Assembly (NCBI GenBank): GCA_024233835.1
Contig: JACKPC010000001.1
Location: 1,541,442 to 1,605,441 of the forward strand
Direction: 5' to 3'
From: Leptospiraceae bacterium
GTDB lineage: Bacteria; Spirochaetota; Leptospiria; Leptospirales; Leptospiraceae
DNA length: 64,000 nucleotides
The notes beneath the pieces were generated by a model, which did no database searches, was not told where the DNA came from, and was given only the letters and a program-made list of their open reading frames with translations. Shown here piece by piece: positions 10,426 through 19,520 of the stretch; position 1 is the stretch's first letter; each line of letters starts with the position of its first letter. A program made the translations under genes and the position numbers.

Positions 10426-13400
10426 TCACAGCCTATCATACTCTTCCAAAACACCCAGCTTTACTTCATCCTTAACCAGTGGGAATGTGCTGAGAATGTA
10501 TTCCAACTCTTCTCTTGTTAGTTTGTAAATCTTTGCAACCATAGCATCAATCTGGTTTTTCAAAGCCTGTCGTTCTTTTTCGACTTTCACACCATGAACC
10601 TCATGAGGCTTCTTACTGCCTTTCCCTTTCAAACCCACTTCTTCCAAAAGCTCGTCAAATTCTTCTGTAGTTCCCACAAGCTTCGCAGCTCTTTCGACTA
10701 ATTTAGAAAAGTAAGGATGGTCTTTATCCGACTGAAACCGCGGAATGGGAAGAGATAATAAGTAAAAAACATTTAATGTAGCTGATACTTTAAGTCTAAT
10801 TGTATAGTCTAAGATATAGCTATTCATTATGGATGAAAAAAATAACTGCTGAGAATTAGAAATGTTAGATTTTTCTATATTAATAGTAGCACAATTTACT
10901 TCTGATAACGATTTTTTAGGAATTATACTCGAAATTAAAGTTCGTTCATTAGTATTTGAAGCTATTCTTCTGTGCCCCCATCTATAATAATTGTAGTTAT
11001 AATGACTGACTTTTTCTAACATTTTATTATCTACCCAAAATTTTGGCTTATCATAATTTGAATCGTATTGCCAAATCATTTTACCTTCAAAAAGTGGAAT
11101 TCCATTTTTATTCTTATTAAATAAATAAGAGTTATTTGTAATATGTGATTCAGAAATAAGTTTCACATTCCATGTTCCTTCGATTTCTTCTCCCAATAGT
11201 GGATACTCTGCATATATTTTTTCTGTAATGTCGGATTCTTTCTTGGAGGAAAACTCCATGAGTGATAATGAATCGGGAGAAAATTTCTTTAGTGTTTCGA
11301 GGTTTACACTAACGTATTTTCCTTTCCTGTTATGTGCTTGCATCATTTCGTTTTCTGTTAGCATCATAAAGGCAGCGGGAACGTCTTTGGTTCCTTCTTT
11401 GGTTTTGATGGTGTTATAAGCAACAAATTTAAATCTACTATCTACATCCTCAAACATCTTCTTTCGATTTTCAAAGCCATATAAGAACTGAACTTTAGAT
11501 TCTGCAAAGAATAACTCTCGTAATTCCTTACAGCCAAGGTCTGTATAAAACCCCGATGGCATTACAATTCCAAGACTTCCTTTTGTTTTTAATAAGTAAA
11601 ACGCTCTTTCTAAGAAAAGTTTGTAGAGGTTTATATCTCCCTTGCCTCTCGCCGGATAGTCTTCACAACTTCTAAAGTATTCCGACACAGAGGAAAGGCC
11701 CATGCTGTATTCCATCCAGAGTTTCTTCAGCTTAGTATCTTTCTTGAGTGTTTCCTCTACTTTTTTCTTGGCCTGAATTTTATCCAATTTACGATAACCA
11801 TCTAAGTGCTTTTCAAAGAACTCCTGTGAATTGGGTTTCCAGGTTTCCCAGGGAGGGTTGAGTAGCATAATATCGAACCCGCCCTTGTTCATGATTTCCG
11901 AAAATTCCATCACCCAGTGAAAAGCATTCAAGTCTTCTGCCTGTATCTTGAATTCCTTAAATTGTTTTATAGCTGAAGTATCTTTCTTCAAGTCTATAAA
12001 ATCAATTTTATTCTTGGGCTTTACTTTCCATACACCTGAAATCTTGGTATTAAAATCCTTATGAAAAAGTTGTTTTAATGCACCTGTTTTCTGGTGAATT
12101 TCATCTCTTTTCTTGAGAGCAGCCTTTGGATTCTCCACTGAAAAGTAAGCCTTTATTAAATCTTCTCTCTCTTCAAAGGACTTTCGAATATCATAAAAAT
12201 CAAATAGTCTTTCGGTCTGTTGTTTCTTAGCTCCCGGAAATAATCCCTGTTGCTCTGCTTTACCCGTATTTTCAAAAGGAGAAGAAGTAAAACCGACAAG
12301 AGAATTCCCGCAGACAACATGAAAATCAATATTCGGAAGCGGTTCTTCTACCTTATCGGTAATACCCTCTATCATTGCAATAAACAGACGAAGTTTGGCA
12401 ATCTCGACTGCTTCCGGAAGAAGGTCTACTCCATAAATATTTTTACTGACTATAAATCTTCGAATTGTATAGATAGATGGAGAAGGGCTATCCATATCCT
12501 TCTTGTATTCTTTTTTCAGTGATTCCAGATTATTCGTCTTAACTACTTCGAGTAAGTTTAAATGTAATTCCGAAAGTTCATGCAAAGCTTCAATCAAGAA
12601 TTGACCGGAACCGCAGGCCGGGTCACATACGGTTATATTCGATAGCTTTTCATAATAAGCAAGGAGGTCTTTTTCAGAAGCCGAAGAAAGAAACTCCGAT
12701 ACTTTTATACACTTTATTTTTAGATTATTCTGAATAAAATATAAAAGAAAATTTTCAATTGTTTCCCTGGAAAGAAAGGAACTCAAGAAAGGTGGAGTAT
12801 AATACACACCCTGAGACTTGTTTTCACCCAGTGATTTTTCAAAAATATAACCTAAAATATAAGGGTCAATTACATCTTCATCGGTATCAGAACGTTCACT
12901 CGAATACCATAACCAGCTTTCTAAAAATGCAAAGATTTCCTGAAAGGCTTTATTGGGAATAGAAATGTCGGGATGTTTTTGTTCCAATTCATGCGTTAAA
13001 AAAAGTCCTCCATTGAGATAAGGAATTAACTCACCGGTTTCTTGAATCCAGGAAGCATCCCTATCTTCCAATTTGACACAGAGTGTTTCTAAGAAAAATC
13101 GTTTTAAAAAATTCTCATAGAAGTTACTTTTCTTGTTCTCATATTCCGCAAGCTTGCGGACCAGATACCTTTCATCTTTTTCTAAAAGATGTTTCTTCTG
13201 GAGAAAATACAGAAAGATAATTCTATCCAATAAGACCTGTGCATATAATCTCTTATCATCCGGATCTGCTACTCCTTGGATTTGTTTTACAAGCTGTAGT
13301 CTTTTTTTGGAATAGTCTGTATAAAATCTTTTGGAAACATCTTTTCTATCGAATAGGTCATCAAAGGTTTCAATCTGCTCGTATTTTAATTTAGAAACCC

Positions 13401-13749
13401 TTTGAATCCCTATTGGGTTTTCTCTATTTCTGATTTCTTCTTTTTTTATTGTATAACGAACAATTTTTGATTTTCCTTCATAACCTATTTTAACAAAAGT
13501 CATAGAAGAAAAATCTTGCGGAACGGCTAAAACACAATAGCGATTATATGTAAAGGAATTGATACGTTTGTTTATTTCAGATTTTTCCTCATAGAAGAAT
13601 ATTTCAATAAATTCGTCTTCTGCAATATTAAAAATGAATGCTCCATCATTTTCTCTGACCTGAAAACCCAAAAAAGAAAAATAGTTATACACATCATCTA
13701 TGGATTGAATTTCTAAAAACTTGCTCTTAAGCTGTTCTACCTTGGACAT
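10426..13749 (-). CDS. large gamma-class N6-adenine DNA methyltransferase, Type IIG R-M / PglX-like (1107 aa)
   Basis: Motif X GVYYTPP, motif I DPACGSGQFL, motif IV NPPW, in that order. Long N-terminal extension with a possible D...E-E-K nuclease-like segment, and a C-terminal TRD-sized region. Confidence 0.75.
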   Translation of the reverse strand: MSKVEQLKSKFLEIQSIDDVYNYFSFLGFQVRENDGAFIFNIAEDEFIEIFFYEEKSEINKRINSFTYNRYCVLAVPQDFSSMTFVKIGYEGKSKIVRYTIKKEEIRNRENPIGIQRVSKLKYEQIETFDDLFDRKDVSKRFYTDYSKKRLQLVKQIQGVADPDDKRLYAQVLLDRIIFLYFLQKKHLLEKDERYLVRKLAEYENKKSNFYENFLKRFFLETLCVKLEDRDASWIQETGELIPYLNGGLFLTHELEQKHPDISIPNKAFQEIFAFLESWLWYSSERSDTDEDVIDPYILGYIFEKSLGENKSQGVYYTPPFLSSFLSRETIENFLLYFIQNNLKIKCIKVSEFLSSASEKDLLAYYEKLSNITVCDPACGSGQFLIEALHELSELHLNLLEVVKTNNLESLKKEYKKDMDSPSPSIYTIRRFIVSKNIYGVDLLPEAVEIAKLRLFIAMIEGITDKVEEPLPNIDFHVVCGNSLVGFTSSPFENTGKAEQQGLFPGAKKQQTERLFDFYDIRKSFEEREDLIKAYFSVENPKAALKKRDEIHQKTGALKQLFHKDFNTKISGVWKVKPKNKIDFIDLKKDTSAIKQFKEFKIQAEDLNAFHWVMEFSEIMNKGGFDIMLLNPPWETWKPNSQEFFEKHLDGYRKLDKIQAKKKVEETLKKDTKLKKLWMEYSMGLSSVSEYFRSCEDYPARGKGDINLYKLFLERAFYLLKTKGSLGIVMPSGFYTDLGCKELRELFFAESKVQFLYGFENRKKMFEDVDSRFKFVAYNTIKTKEGTKDVPAAFMMLTENEMMQAHNRKGKYVSVNLETLKKFSPDSLSLMEFSSKKESDITEKIYAEYPLLGEEIEGTWNVKLISESHITNNSYLFNKNKNGIPLFEGKMIWQYDSNYDKPKFWVDNKMLEKVSHYNYNYYRWGHRRIASNTNERTLISSIIPKKSLSEVNCATINIEKSNISNSQQLFFSSIMNSYILDYTIRLKVSATLNVFYLLSLPIPRFQSDKDHPYFSKLVERAAKLVGTTEEFDELLEEVGLKGKGSKKPHEVHGVKVEKERQALKNQIDAMVAKIYKLTREELEYILSTFPLVKDEVKLGVLEEYDRL

Positions 13750-13796
13750 TACATTACCTCTGGGTTTATGACCATATTTATATATATCTTACGTTT

Positions 13797-13833
13797 ACAC
13801 TTCTATAAACTCTTTGATGCTGAGTTCTTTTCC
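13797..13833. repeat. copy 1 of an ~37-bp repeat corresponding to the 3' coding end of ORF 19048-19509 (…KELSIKEFIE-stop)
   Basis: ACTTCTATAAACTCTTTGATGCTGAGTTCTTTTCC is near-identical to 19050-19086 and 18146-18182. Confidence 0.7.
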
Positions 13834-13836
13834 TAT

Positions 13837-14190
13837 TTATAAAAGAAGAGAGTTTAAGATTTCTTTAATCTGGTTTTCTAAAACTGGAATATCATCTGTT
13901 ATGATATTCCAAACAACCTGATAATCAATACCAAAGTACTCATGAGTTATGATATTTCGAACACCGACAATACTTCTCCAATCAATATTATTGTATTCTA
14001 TTCTCATTTTATCTGAAATTCTTGCAGCTGCTTCTCCGATATCCTGTAAAGCTTTTGCACAAGCATATTTTGTTTTTAAATCATTCAGAAAATCTTGCTT
14101 ACTCAGTCCTTTTACAAATATTTGTATAACTTTAGTATTATCTAAAATATGTTTTAGCCTATCTATATCTGAAAGTTTTTCATTTCTCAT
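13837..14190 (-). CDS. hepT: HepT-like (DUF86/HEPN) toxin
   Basis: Conserved Rx4HxY motif (RNIITHEY). About 117 aa. Overlaps the upstream MntA gene. Confidence 0.8.
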   Translation of the reverse strand: MRNEKLSDIDRLKHILDNTKVIQIFVKGLSKQDFLNDLKTKYACAKALQDIGEAAARISDKMRIEYNNIDWRSIVGVRNIITHEYFGIDYQVVWNIITDDIPVLENQIKEILNSLLL

Positions 14191-14491
14191 ATATTAGAAT
14201 CTTATCCTTTTCTATTCTATTAGCAAAATCAAGTGTTTCATTATGATTGTCGTATAATGCACCGCTGGAAATGACATCTACTTCTATGGGAAACATTTCT
14301 TTAATATCCAAAATCATTCTTGAAAACAAAAGCCCCACTTTTTGCTCAGGTTCTAATTCTAAAAGTATATCCAGATCACTTTCATGATCCATTTCATTTC
14401 TTGCATAAGAACCGAATAAATAAACTTTTTTTATAGGTTTATCTGCTGCATAAGCAAACATTTTCTCTTTTACATCTTCTATAGAAATCAT
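14180..14491 (-). CDS. mntA: MntA-like minimal nucleotidyltransferase antitoxin
   Basis: GSYARNE...DSDLDILL (GS-x-n-DxD) Pol-beta NTase motif. 103 aa. 11-nt overlap with hepT. Confidence 0.8.
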   Translation of the reverse strand: MISIEDVKEKMFAYAADKPIKKVYLFGSYARNEMDHESDLDILLELEPEQKVGLLFSRMILDIKEMFPIEVDVISSGALYDNHNETLDFANRIEKDKILIYEK

Positions 14492-14520
14492 ATATATCTC
14501 TTTTTTATATTCTATCCTTT

Positions 14521-17500
14521 CTATATATAAATACTTAATACTAACTGGCTATGAATTTCCGAACTTTTGTAAAGACTTCCTCTCATACTGGAATCCTCTA
14601 AAATCACTTCATTATAGAATGTAAATAGAGCGGAAGCAAAATCATTAAAAGCGACTTTAGGAACCTGTTTAATGTTAATATTATATTTATTTAAAGTATC
14701 TTTTAATTTATTTGCTTTATCCGAAGAAAGCTGAGTCGTTCCCAGTATTTGCATCATTTCTTTAAAAACAATCTCTGCATCTTCTCGAATTGTTTTAGCA
14801 AACTCAAAAAAGTTCTCTTCCACGAAAAGAGCTTTTTGTTTTTTTAAACCCTGCAAAGTCTGTATAAGTTGAACCTGAATCCCCTTCACGGAACTCACTT
14901 TTTGAGAAACCTTATGAGGATCGGCTTCTTTAAGTCTTTCAATAAAGATTTCTTTAAATGCAAGATTTATCTCTTCTTCTGCCTTTTCCACCCATTCTTT
15001 ATTTTCCACTTCCACACGTGTAAAACCCTCTGACTGAAGATTAGCCTTTTCAAAGAACTCTTCCGGAAAAGCATATTCTACATTTTCATTTCCTTTTTTA
15101 CATAAGAATACACGGGAAAGAAGGTCTCTATTCTGATTCCGTTCTCCATAGATTTCATATAATTTATAGATGGTGTTAGGATTTTTATTGGTAATAGTAT
15201 AATATTCAGCTTTCTTTTTAGGAACACCCTTAAAATCAGAACTCCTGAGATGATTTTCTTTAGCTGCAACGAATAGCTTCGCTCTAAAGAAATCTTCTTC
15301 CGTTTCTCCTTCTATACCGGAAAAAAGAGAATTACTTTTACTGTTTATTTCATATTCACTTACGGAATTGGCATTATAATTCTTTTTAAGTTGTTCACCT
15401 ATAATCTGTGGATTGATCTCTTCTTCATCGGAACTTAAAATAGCCATTTCTTTTCCTAAAAGAGTATTTACCTGGCTTATTTTAGCACTTAAGATTTCGA
15501 GTAACTTTAAAAAACGCTCTAAAATTTTATCAGGTGTAAAATTAAAAACCTTAATTTTATTTTCAGAACCAATACGATTGATTCTACCCACTCTCTGTAC
15601 AATTTTCATTGGATTCCAGGGAAGGTCAAAATTGATAAGTAAATCTGCATCCTGTAAGTTTACACCTTCAGCTAAAACGTCGGTAGAAATTAAGAGATTT
15701 AATTCTTCACTTTCTGTTATATTTTCTACTTTTCTGGCTCTGGGTGCAAACTTATCTAAAACTTTAGATATTCTACCCGAAGTTCTATCATCACCACTTA
15801 CAGTATCAAATAATAAATCGATTTTATTATCTTCACAGGCTTGTTGAATATGATATTTAATATATTCTAAAGTATCCTTATAGGAACAAAAGCAAAGAGC
15901 CTTAATAAAATGAGAACGGTTTAATCTATCTAAGAAAATTTCTATCTTGGGCTCTTTAAGGCTTAGTGGTTCATCAGGTTTTTCTCGTAAAGGTATAATG
16001 TAAGATTCTATAAAATCATTTATTGTTTTTATATCAGTTTCACACCATTTTATAACGGTTTCTTTATCAATTAAATCCTCTTTTCCATCTTTTATATCTT
16101 CTGAATAATCCTCTAATTCCGGTTCTTCCTCTAATTTTTTCTGATTATATTTTTCAATAACTTCATTCCAGTCCTCAGAATCTATTTCGGAGCGAAGAGT
16201 TGTAATTTTTGCTTTGATGTTTTCAAGGGAACAGTAGAAAGAGTAAACACTGGATTCGATTCTTTTGAACAAAAGAAGCTTATACAAATAAGAAAGTGTT
16301 TCCCCATTGGAATTACCGGAAAGGCGTATATGGGGTAAAAATAAACTATCGAGGAATGAGTTTATATTTTCAAATATTGCTTCAAAGCCTCCTGTAAATT
16401 CGTATTCTATTTTATAAACAGTTGGTTCCTGAAACTCTAAAGGTTTACCTCCTACTTTTACATTCTTATATTTTTCTTTTATGGAAGACCTCATCCGAAG
16501 AAGCATCACAGAGTTTAAAATATCAATAATTCTTTTTTTAGCTCGCTCATAATCTGGATTATTTTCTAACTCACGAATACTGATTCCTTTACGAAGATTT
16601 TTAATTAGTTCTGAAAAAACTTGAAAACTGGATGGGTATAGACCTGCATTTGTAAGAGAAGCTTCTACTGTTGAAAGTTTTACCAGGTTTAATAAGTCGC
16701 TTACAGAGTTATTGAAAGGAGTTGCTGTTAATAACAAAACATCTGATCGAGAAGAATAAGGATGCAGTAGACTGATATGCTGATATAGCCTTGTATCTTT
16801 ATTTCTGGCTCTGTGAGCTTCATCTACTACAATTAGGTCAAATTTCTTTTTTCGTAATTTACTTTCTATGGCAGAAGGAAGCATTTGGCTTAACTTCCCC
16901 TGTGAAAGAAAAACTAAATCGGATGAAGCATCTATAGAAAAATATTTTGAAAGAGTTTCTTTCCACTGATGAAGAACAGTAGGAGGGGTTAGTATTAAAA
17001 CTTTTTTTCCTCTTTTATAGTATCTATAAATGACTTCGGAAGCTGTAAATGTTTTTCCGAGTCCTACAGAGTCAGAAACAATGGCTCCTCCAAATCGTTC
17101 TATTTTGTTTAAAATATTCTCAGCACCAATTCGTTGAAACTCAGCTAATTGATCAGTTCCTTGAAGTTCTTCTTCCTCCATCTTTCCAATAAAGTAATAA
17201 ACCATATACACAAGCATCTGAAAAGGAGTAAGGAATATATCTTCCCTTTTTTGAGTATGCTGTTTTTCTCTCAGGATTCCTTTTACAATCTGGAGTAATT
17301 CCGGACGAAAATCTATTCCTTCAGATTCCCATAGCTCATCAAACCATATTTTTAATTCGTTATATACCGGTATATCTGAAGAAGTTAGATTTAGCTCACT
17401 GTTTTCAGTAAGTCCACTTTTCGAAAAATTAGAAGAACCAACAATTGTTCTTACTTGTTCTATATTTCCCGGTAATACTGTTCGAGCAAGATAAAGCTTT

Positions 17501-17907
17501 GCATGAAAAAATCGATTTAACATCAACCGAATATGGATTTTATCATTTTCCAGCAGTTCAATAATTTTGAGTAGCTTTTCCTTTTCTAAACCGGAAACCT
17601 CAGTCTCAATATTTTGAATAATTTCTCTTTTTAATTCTGAATCAGTTTTTGGAATTTTAAATGCTGTTTCCAAAACCTTTGCAGTTGTATAATCCGTTCT
17701 TGGGCTTATCAGGAACTTAATCTGAACATCGTTTTTTTGGAAAAACTCATTATTTTCCAGACTATCCATAACCAGTTCAAATCCACTCAGATAGAAATAT
17801 CCTACGGCAATTCTCATTTCCCTGATATAAGGGAAAATTATGTGATTAATTACCCTATCAAACTGCCTATTTTCATCTCGGTTATCTATGAAAGCTGGAA
17901 ATTGCAT
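14521..17907 (-). CDS. PLD-family nuclease fused to SNF2/SF2 helicase (1128 aa); SauUSI / DISARM-DrmD+DrmC-like architecture
   Basis: N-terminal HxK(x)4D(x)6GSxN phospholipase-D motif (HAKLYLARTV…GSSNFSKSG). Then helicase motif I (GLGKT), DEAH box (IVVDEAHRARN), motif III (LLLTATP) and helicase-C motifs (QRVGRINRIG). Confidence 0.8.
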   Translation of the reverse strand: MQFPAFIDNRDENRQFDRVINHIIFPYIREMRIAVGYFYLSGFELVMDSLENNEFFQKNDVQIKFLISPRTDYTTAKVLETAFKIPKTDSELKREIIQNIETEVSGLEKEKLLKIIELLENDKIHIRLMLNRFFHAKLYLARTVLPGNIEQVRTIVGSSNFSKSGLTENSELNLTSSDIPVYNELKIWFDELWESEGIDFRPELLQIVKGILREKQHTQKREDIFLTPFQMLVYMVYYFIGKMEEEELQGTDQLAEFQRIGAENILNKIERFGGAIVSDSVGLGKTFTASEVIYRYYKRGKKVLILTPPTVLHQWKETLSKYFSIDASSDLVFLSQGKLSQMLPSAIESKLRKKKFDLIVVDEAHRARNKDTRLYQHISLLHPYSSRSDVLLLTATPFNNSVSDLLNLVKLSTVEASLTNAGLYPSSFQVFSELIKNLRKGISIRELENNPDYERAKKRIIDILNSVMLLRMRSSIKEKYKNVKVGGKPLEFQEPTVYKIEYEFTGGFEAIFENINSFLDSLFLPHIRLSGNSNGETLSYLYKLLLFKRIESSVYSFYCSLENIKAKITTLRSEIDSEDWNEVIEKYNQKKLEEEPELEDYSEDIKDGKEDLIDKETVIKWCETDIKTINDFIESYIIPLREKPDEPLSLKEPKIEIFLDRLNRSHFIKALCFCSYKDTLEYIKYHIQQACEDNKIDLLFDTVSGDDRTSGRISKVLDKFAPRARKVENITESEELNLLISTDVLAEGVNLQDADLLINFDLPWNPMKIVQRVGRINRIGSENKIKVFNFTPDKILERFLKLLEILSAKISQVNTLLGKEMAILSSDEEEINPQIIGEQLKKNYNANSVSEYEINSKSNSLFSGIEGETEEDFFRAKLFVAAKENHLRSSDFKGVPKKKAEYYTITNKNPNTIYKLYEIYGERNQNRDLLSRVFLCKKGNENVEYAFPEEFFEKANLQSEGFTRVEVENKEWVEKAEEEINLAFKEIFIERLKEADPHKVSQKVSSVKGIQVQLIQTLQGLKKQKALFVEENFFEFAKTIREDAEIVFKEMMQILGTTQLSSDKANKLKDTLNKYNINIKQVPKVAFNDFASALFTFYNEVILEDSSMRGSLYKSSEIHSQLVLSIYI

Positions 17908-17967
17908 GGTTCGTTCACCTTATACCGAAAGTCGATAGGAATTAAAGTAAAAATCCTTCCCCCTCTA

Positions 17968-18115
17968 ATTTTTCAGAATAATCTACAATTTTAGTTTATG
18001 AATTAAGAAAGACAAGAATTTTACAGTCATAAATGGGAAAAAGTCATGAAATTGGGTTTTAATGCAAACTTCCCACAAACATCCACAGTTTTCGGTTTGT
18101 ATTTCAGTGTTATCG
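17968..18115. repeat. copy A of a ~150-bp repeat homologous to the region upstream of ORF 19048-19509 (19521-19665)
   Basis: Roughly 85% identity over about 150 bp, judged by eye alignment (TTTTTCAGAATAATCTACAA…AAACATCCACAGTTTTCG…). Sits immediately upstream of the PLD-SNF2 gene start. Confidence 0.7.
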
Positions 18116-18145
18116 AGAGAAAGGAAAGCTTTTAACTGGTTTTTA

Positions 18146-18243
18146 TACTTCTATAAATTCTTTGATACTGAGTTCTTTTCCTTTTTTCAGAATAATCTAC
18201 AAATTTAGTTTAGGAATTTAAAAAGACAAGAGTTTCTGTAATG
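18146..18243. repeat. junction: copy 2 of the 37-bp gene-3'-end repeat directly abutting a truncated (~60 bp) copy of the upstream-region repeat
   Basis: TACTTCTATAAATTCTTTGATACTGAGTTCTTTTCC followed by TTTTTTCAGAATAATCTACAAATTTAGTTTAGGAATTTAAAAAGACAAGAGTTT. Confidence 0.7.
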
Positions 18244-18514
18244 GATCTTCTTCTACTTCAATACTTTCTTCATATAATACAGCAGGATCTAAGTCGATGC
18301 AGTTATAAGGATCAAAAGTACCGCTTACATCCCAGGCCAGAGTATTATTCATTACTGTACATTTTTCAAAAAAAAACGACTCATCCTGTAATTTACAAAA
18401 AACTCCCTTATCTATAAGATGACTGATGTCATAGAGTTTAATCTTACCATCATCAAAATATAGGTATACTTTATGATTTTCAGTTGGGAAAACTTGAACT
18501 ATTTTAGGTATCAT
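18218..18514 (-). CDS. DUF2442-family protein
   Basis: 98 aa. Pattern V-x-F-DG…L…FDP…DLDP…LY typical of DUF2442. Adjacent to a DUF4160 gene. Confidence 0.6.
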   Translation of the reverse strand: MIPKIVQVFPTENHKVYLYFDDGKIKLYDISHLIDKGVFCKLQDESFFFEKCTVMNNTLAWDVSGTFDPYNCIDLDPAVLYEESIEVEEDPLQKLLSF

Positions 18515-18593
18515 TAAAATTCTCCAGTATCAAATCGGGTCAATTTTTTTTATTTCTCCATGCTGCATGGCTGATTCCCAGTTTTCTAATAAC

Positions 18594-18776
18594 TCATTCT
18601 GACCAGGCTAAAACTAACTTTAATTGCCTGGAAGGAAGAGCACCCTTTATAATTACAGAGTTATTTATATCAACGATAGCCTGTAAGTCTCCATATTCTG
18701 CATGGAAATGGGGTGGCATGTGATCATTCCAATACATGTATATTTTAATACCAAAAAATTCCGAAACAAGTGGCAT
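18594..18776 (-). CDS. DUF4160-family protein
   Basis: 60 aa. MP…FFGIKIYMYWNDHMPPHFHAEYG matches the DUF4160 hallmark (…H-PPHFH…). Commonly paired with DUF2442. Confidence 0.65.
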   Translation of the reverse strand: MPLVSEFFGIKIYMYWNDHMPPHFHAEYGDLQAIVDINNSVIIKGALPSRQLKLVLAWSE

Positions 18777-18788
18777 ATTCTATCCTTT

Positions 18789-19043
18789 CTATATATAAAA
18801 ACTAAAGACTTCCAGTCTTCCTTTTATCTTTGTTAGAATTACTTCAGCAATATATCTGCACCACCCAACCGCGCGGTTTAAAAGATCGACTTGATGATTG
18901 GCTCGTGTTGAAGAACCATCTGCTTTTAGTGGCTTCCCGCAAATTCCGTACTTATAGATGTCTTTCTTTTCATTATCTATAATTTGATAAAGATGATGTT
19001 CTTCTTCACTATCATGTGAATTACCATGAACTTTTTTTGCCAT
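18789..19043 (-). CDS. hypothetical protein (84 aa)
   Basis: ORF only. Weak GIY-YIG-like YQII…IYKYGI segment, not enough for a call. Confidence 0.35.
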   Translation of the reverse strand: MAKKVHGNSHDSEEEHHLYQIIDNEKKDIYKYGICGKPLKADGSSTRANHQVDLLNRAVGWCRYIAEVILTKIKGRLEVFSFYI

Positions 19044-19047
19044 CTTC

Positions 19048-19509
19048 TTACCTTTCTATAAACTCTTTGATGCTGAGTTCTTTTCCTTTACCCCAGGCTT
19101 CCCTGTTGAAATAGGTTTCATACAATCGTTTGGGAGAATACTCCCAGTCTTCCTTTCCGGTTTTTTGGGTATATGCGTCTTTTGCTACATATAAAAGGTC
19201 TTCGGATGTATCAGCGGGCATTTGTTCCGGGTTTTCGATGACACTGTAATAAAACTTTTTTCCTTTTTCTACAGTTGAGACGCGGGAATATAAGAAACTA
19301 TCAACCGAGAATGAATCTTCTTCTGAATAGCCTACAGCTTTTGCATATTCCGGGCCATCGAGTTTAAAGAGTAAGTCTGTAAGAATTTCCTCAAATGAGT
19401 AAATTTCGGATATAGTTCTTTTGGAAAGATTATCTACCAGAACATCGATATTGAGTGCATTATTTTCTTCAGCTTCCTGTAGTATTTCCCAGAATTGGTT
19501 TTCTTCCAC
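19048..19509 (-). CDS. hypothetical protein (DUF4240-like), probable GTG start with strong SD; resident gene whose ends are repeated across the island
   Basis: ORF. AAGGAG SD 7 nt upstream of GTG 19509. 3' end 19050-19086 and upstream region 19521-19665 are both repeated elsewhere in the island. Confidence 0.5.
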   Translation of the reverse strand: MEENQFWEILQEAEENNALNIDVLVDNLSKRTISEIYSFEEILTDLLFKLDGPEYAKAVGYSEEDSFSVDSFLYSRVSTVEKGKKFYYSVIENPEQMPADTSEDLLYVAKDAYTQKTGKEDWEYSPKRLYETYFNREAWGKGKELSIKEFIER

Positions 19510-19520
19510 TTCCTTACTCC

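Noticed and set aside
10426-17907. BREX or DISARM system
   Set aside because: PglX-like MTase and PLD/SNF2 functions are present, but brxA/brxB/brxC/pglZ and drmA/drmB (DUF1998) are absent. HepT/MntA and repeat boundaries separate the two large genes.
18789-19043. GIY-YIG nuclease call for the 84-aa ORF
   Set aside because: Only a vague YQII…IYKYGI resemblance. Too short and lacking the Arg/Glu catalytic residues in context.
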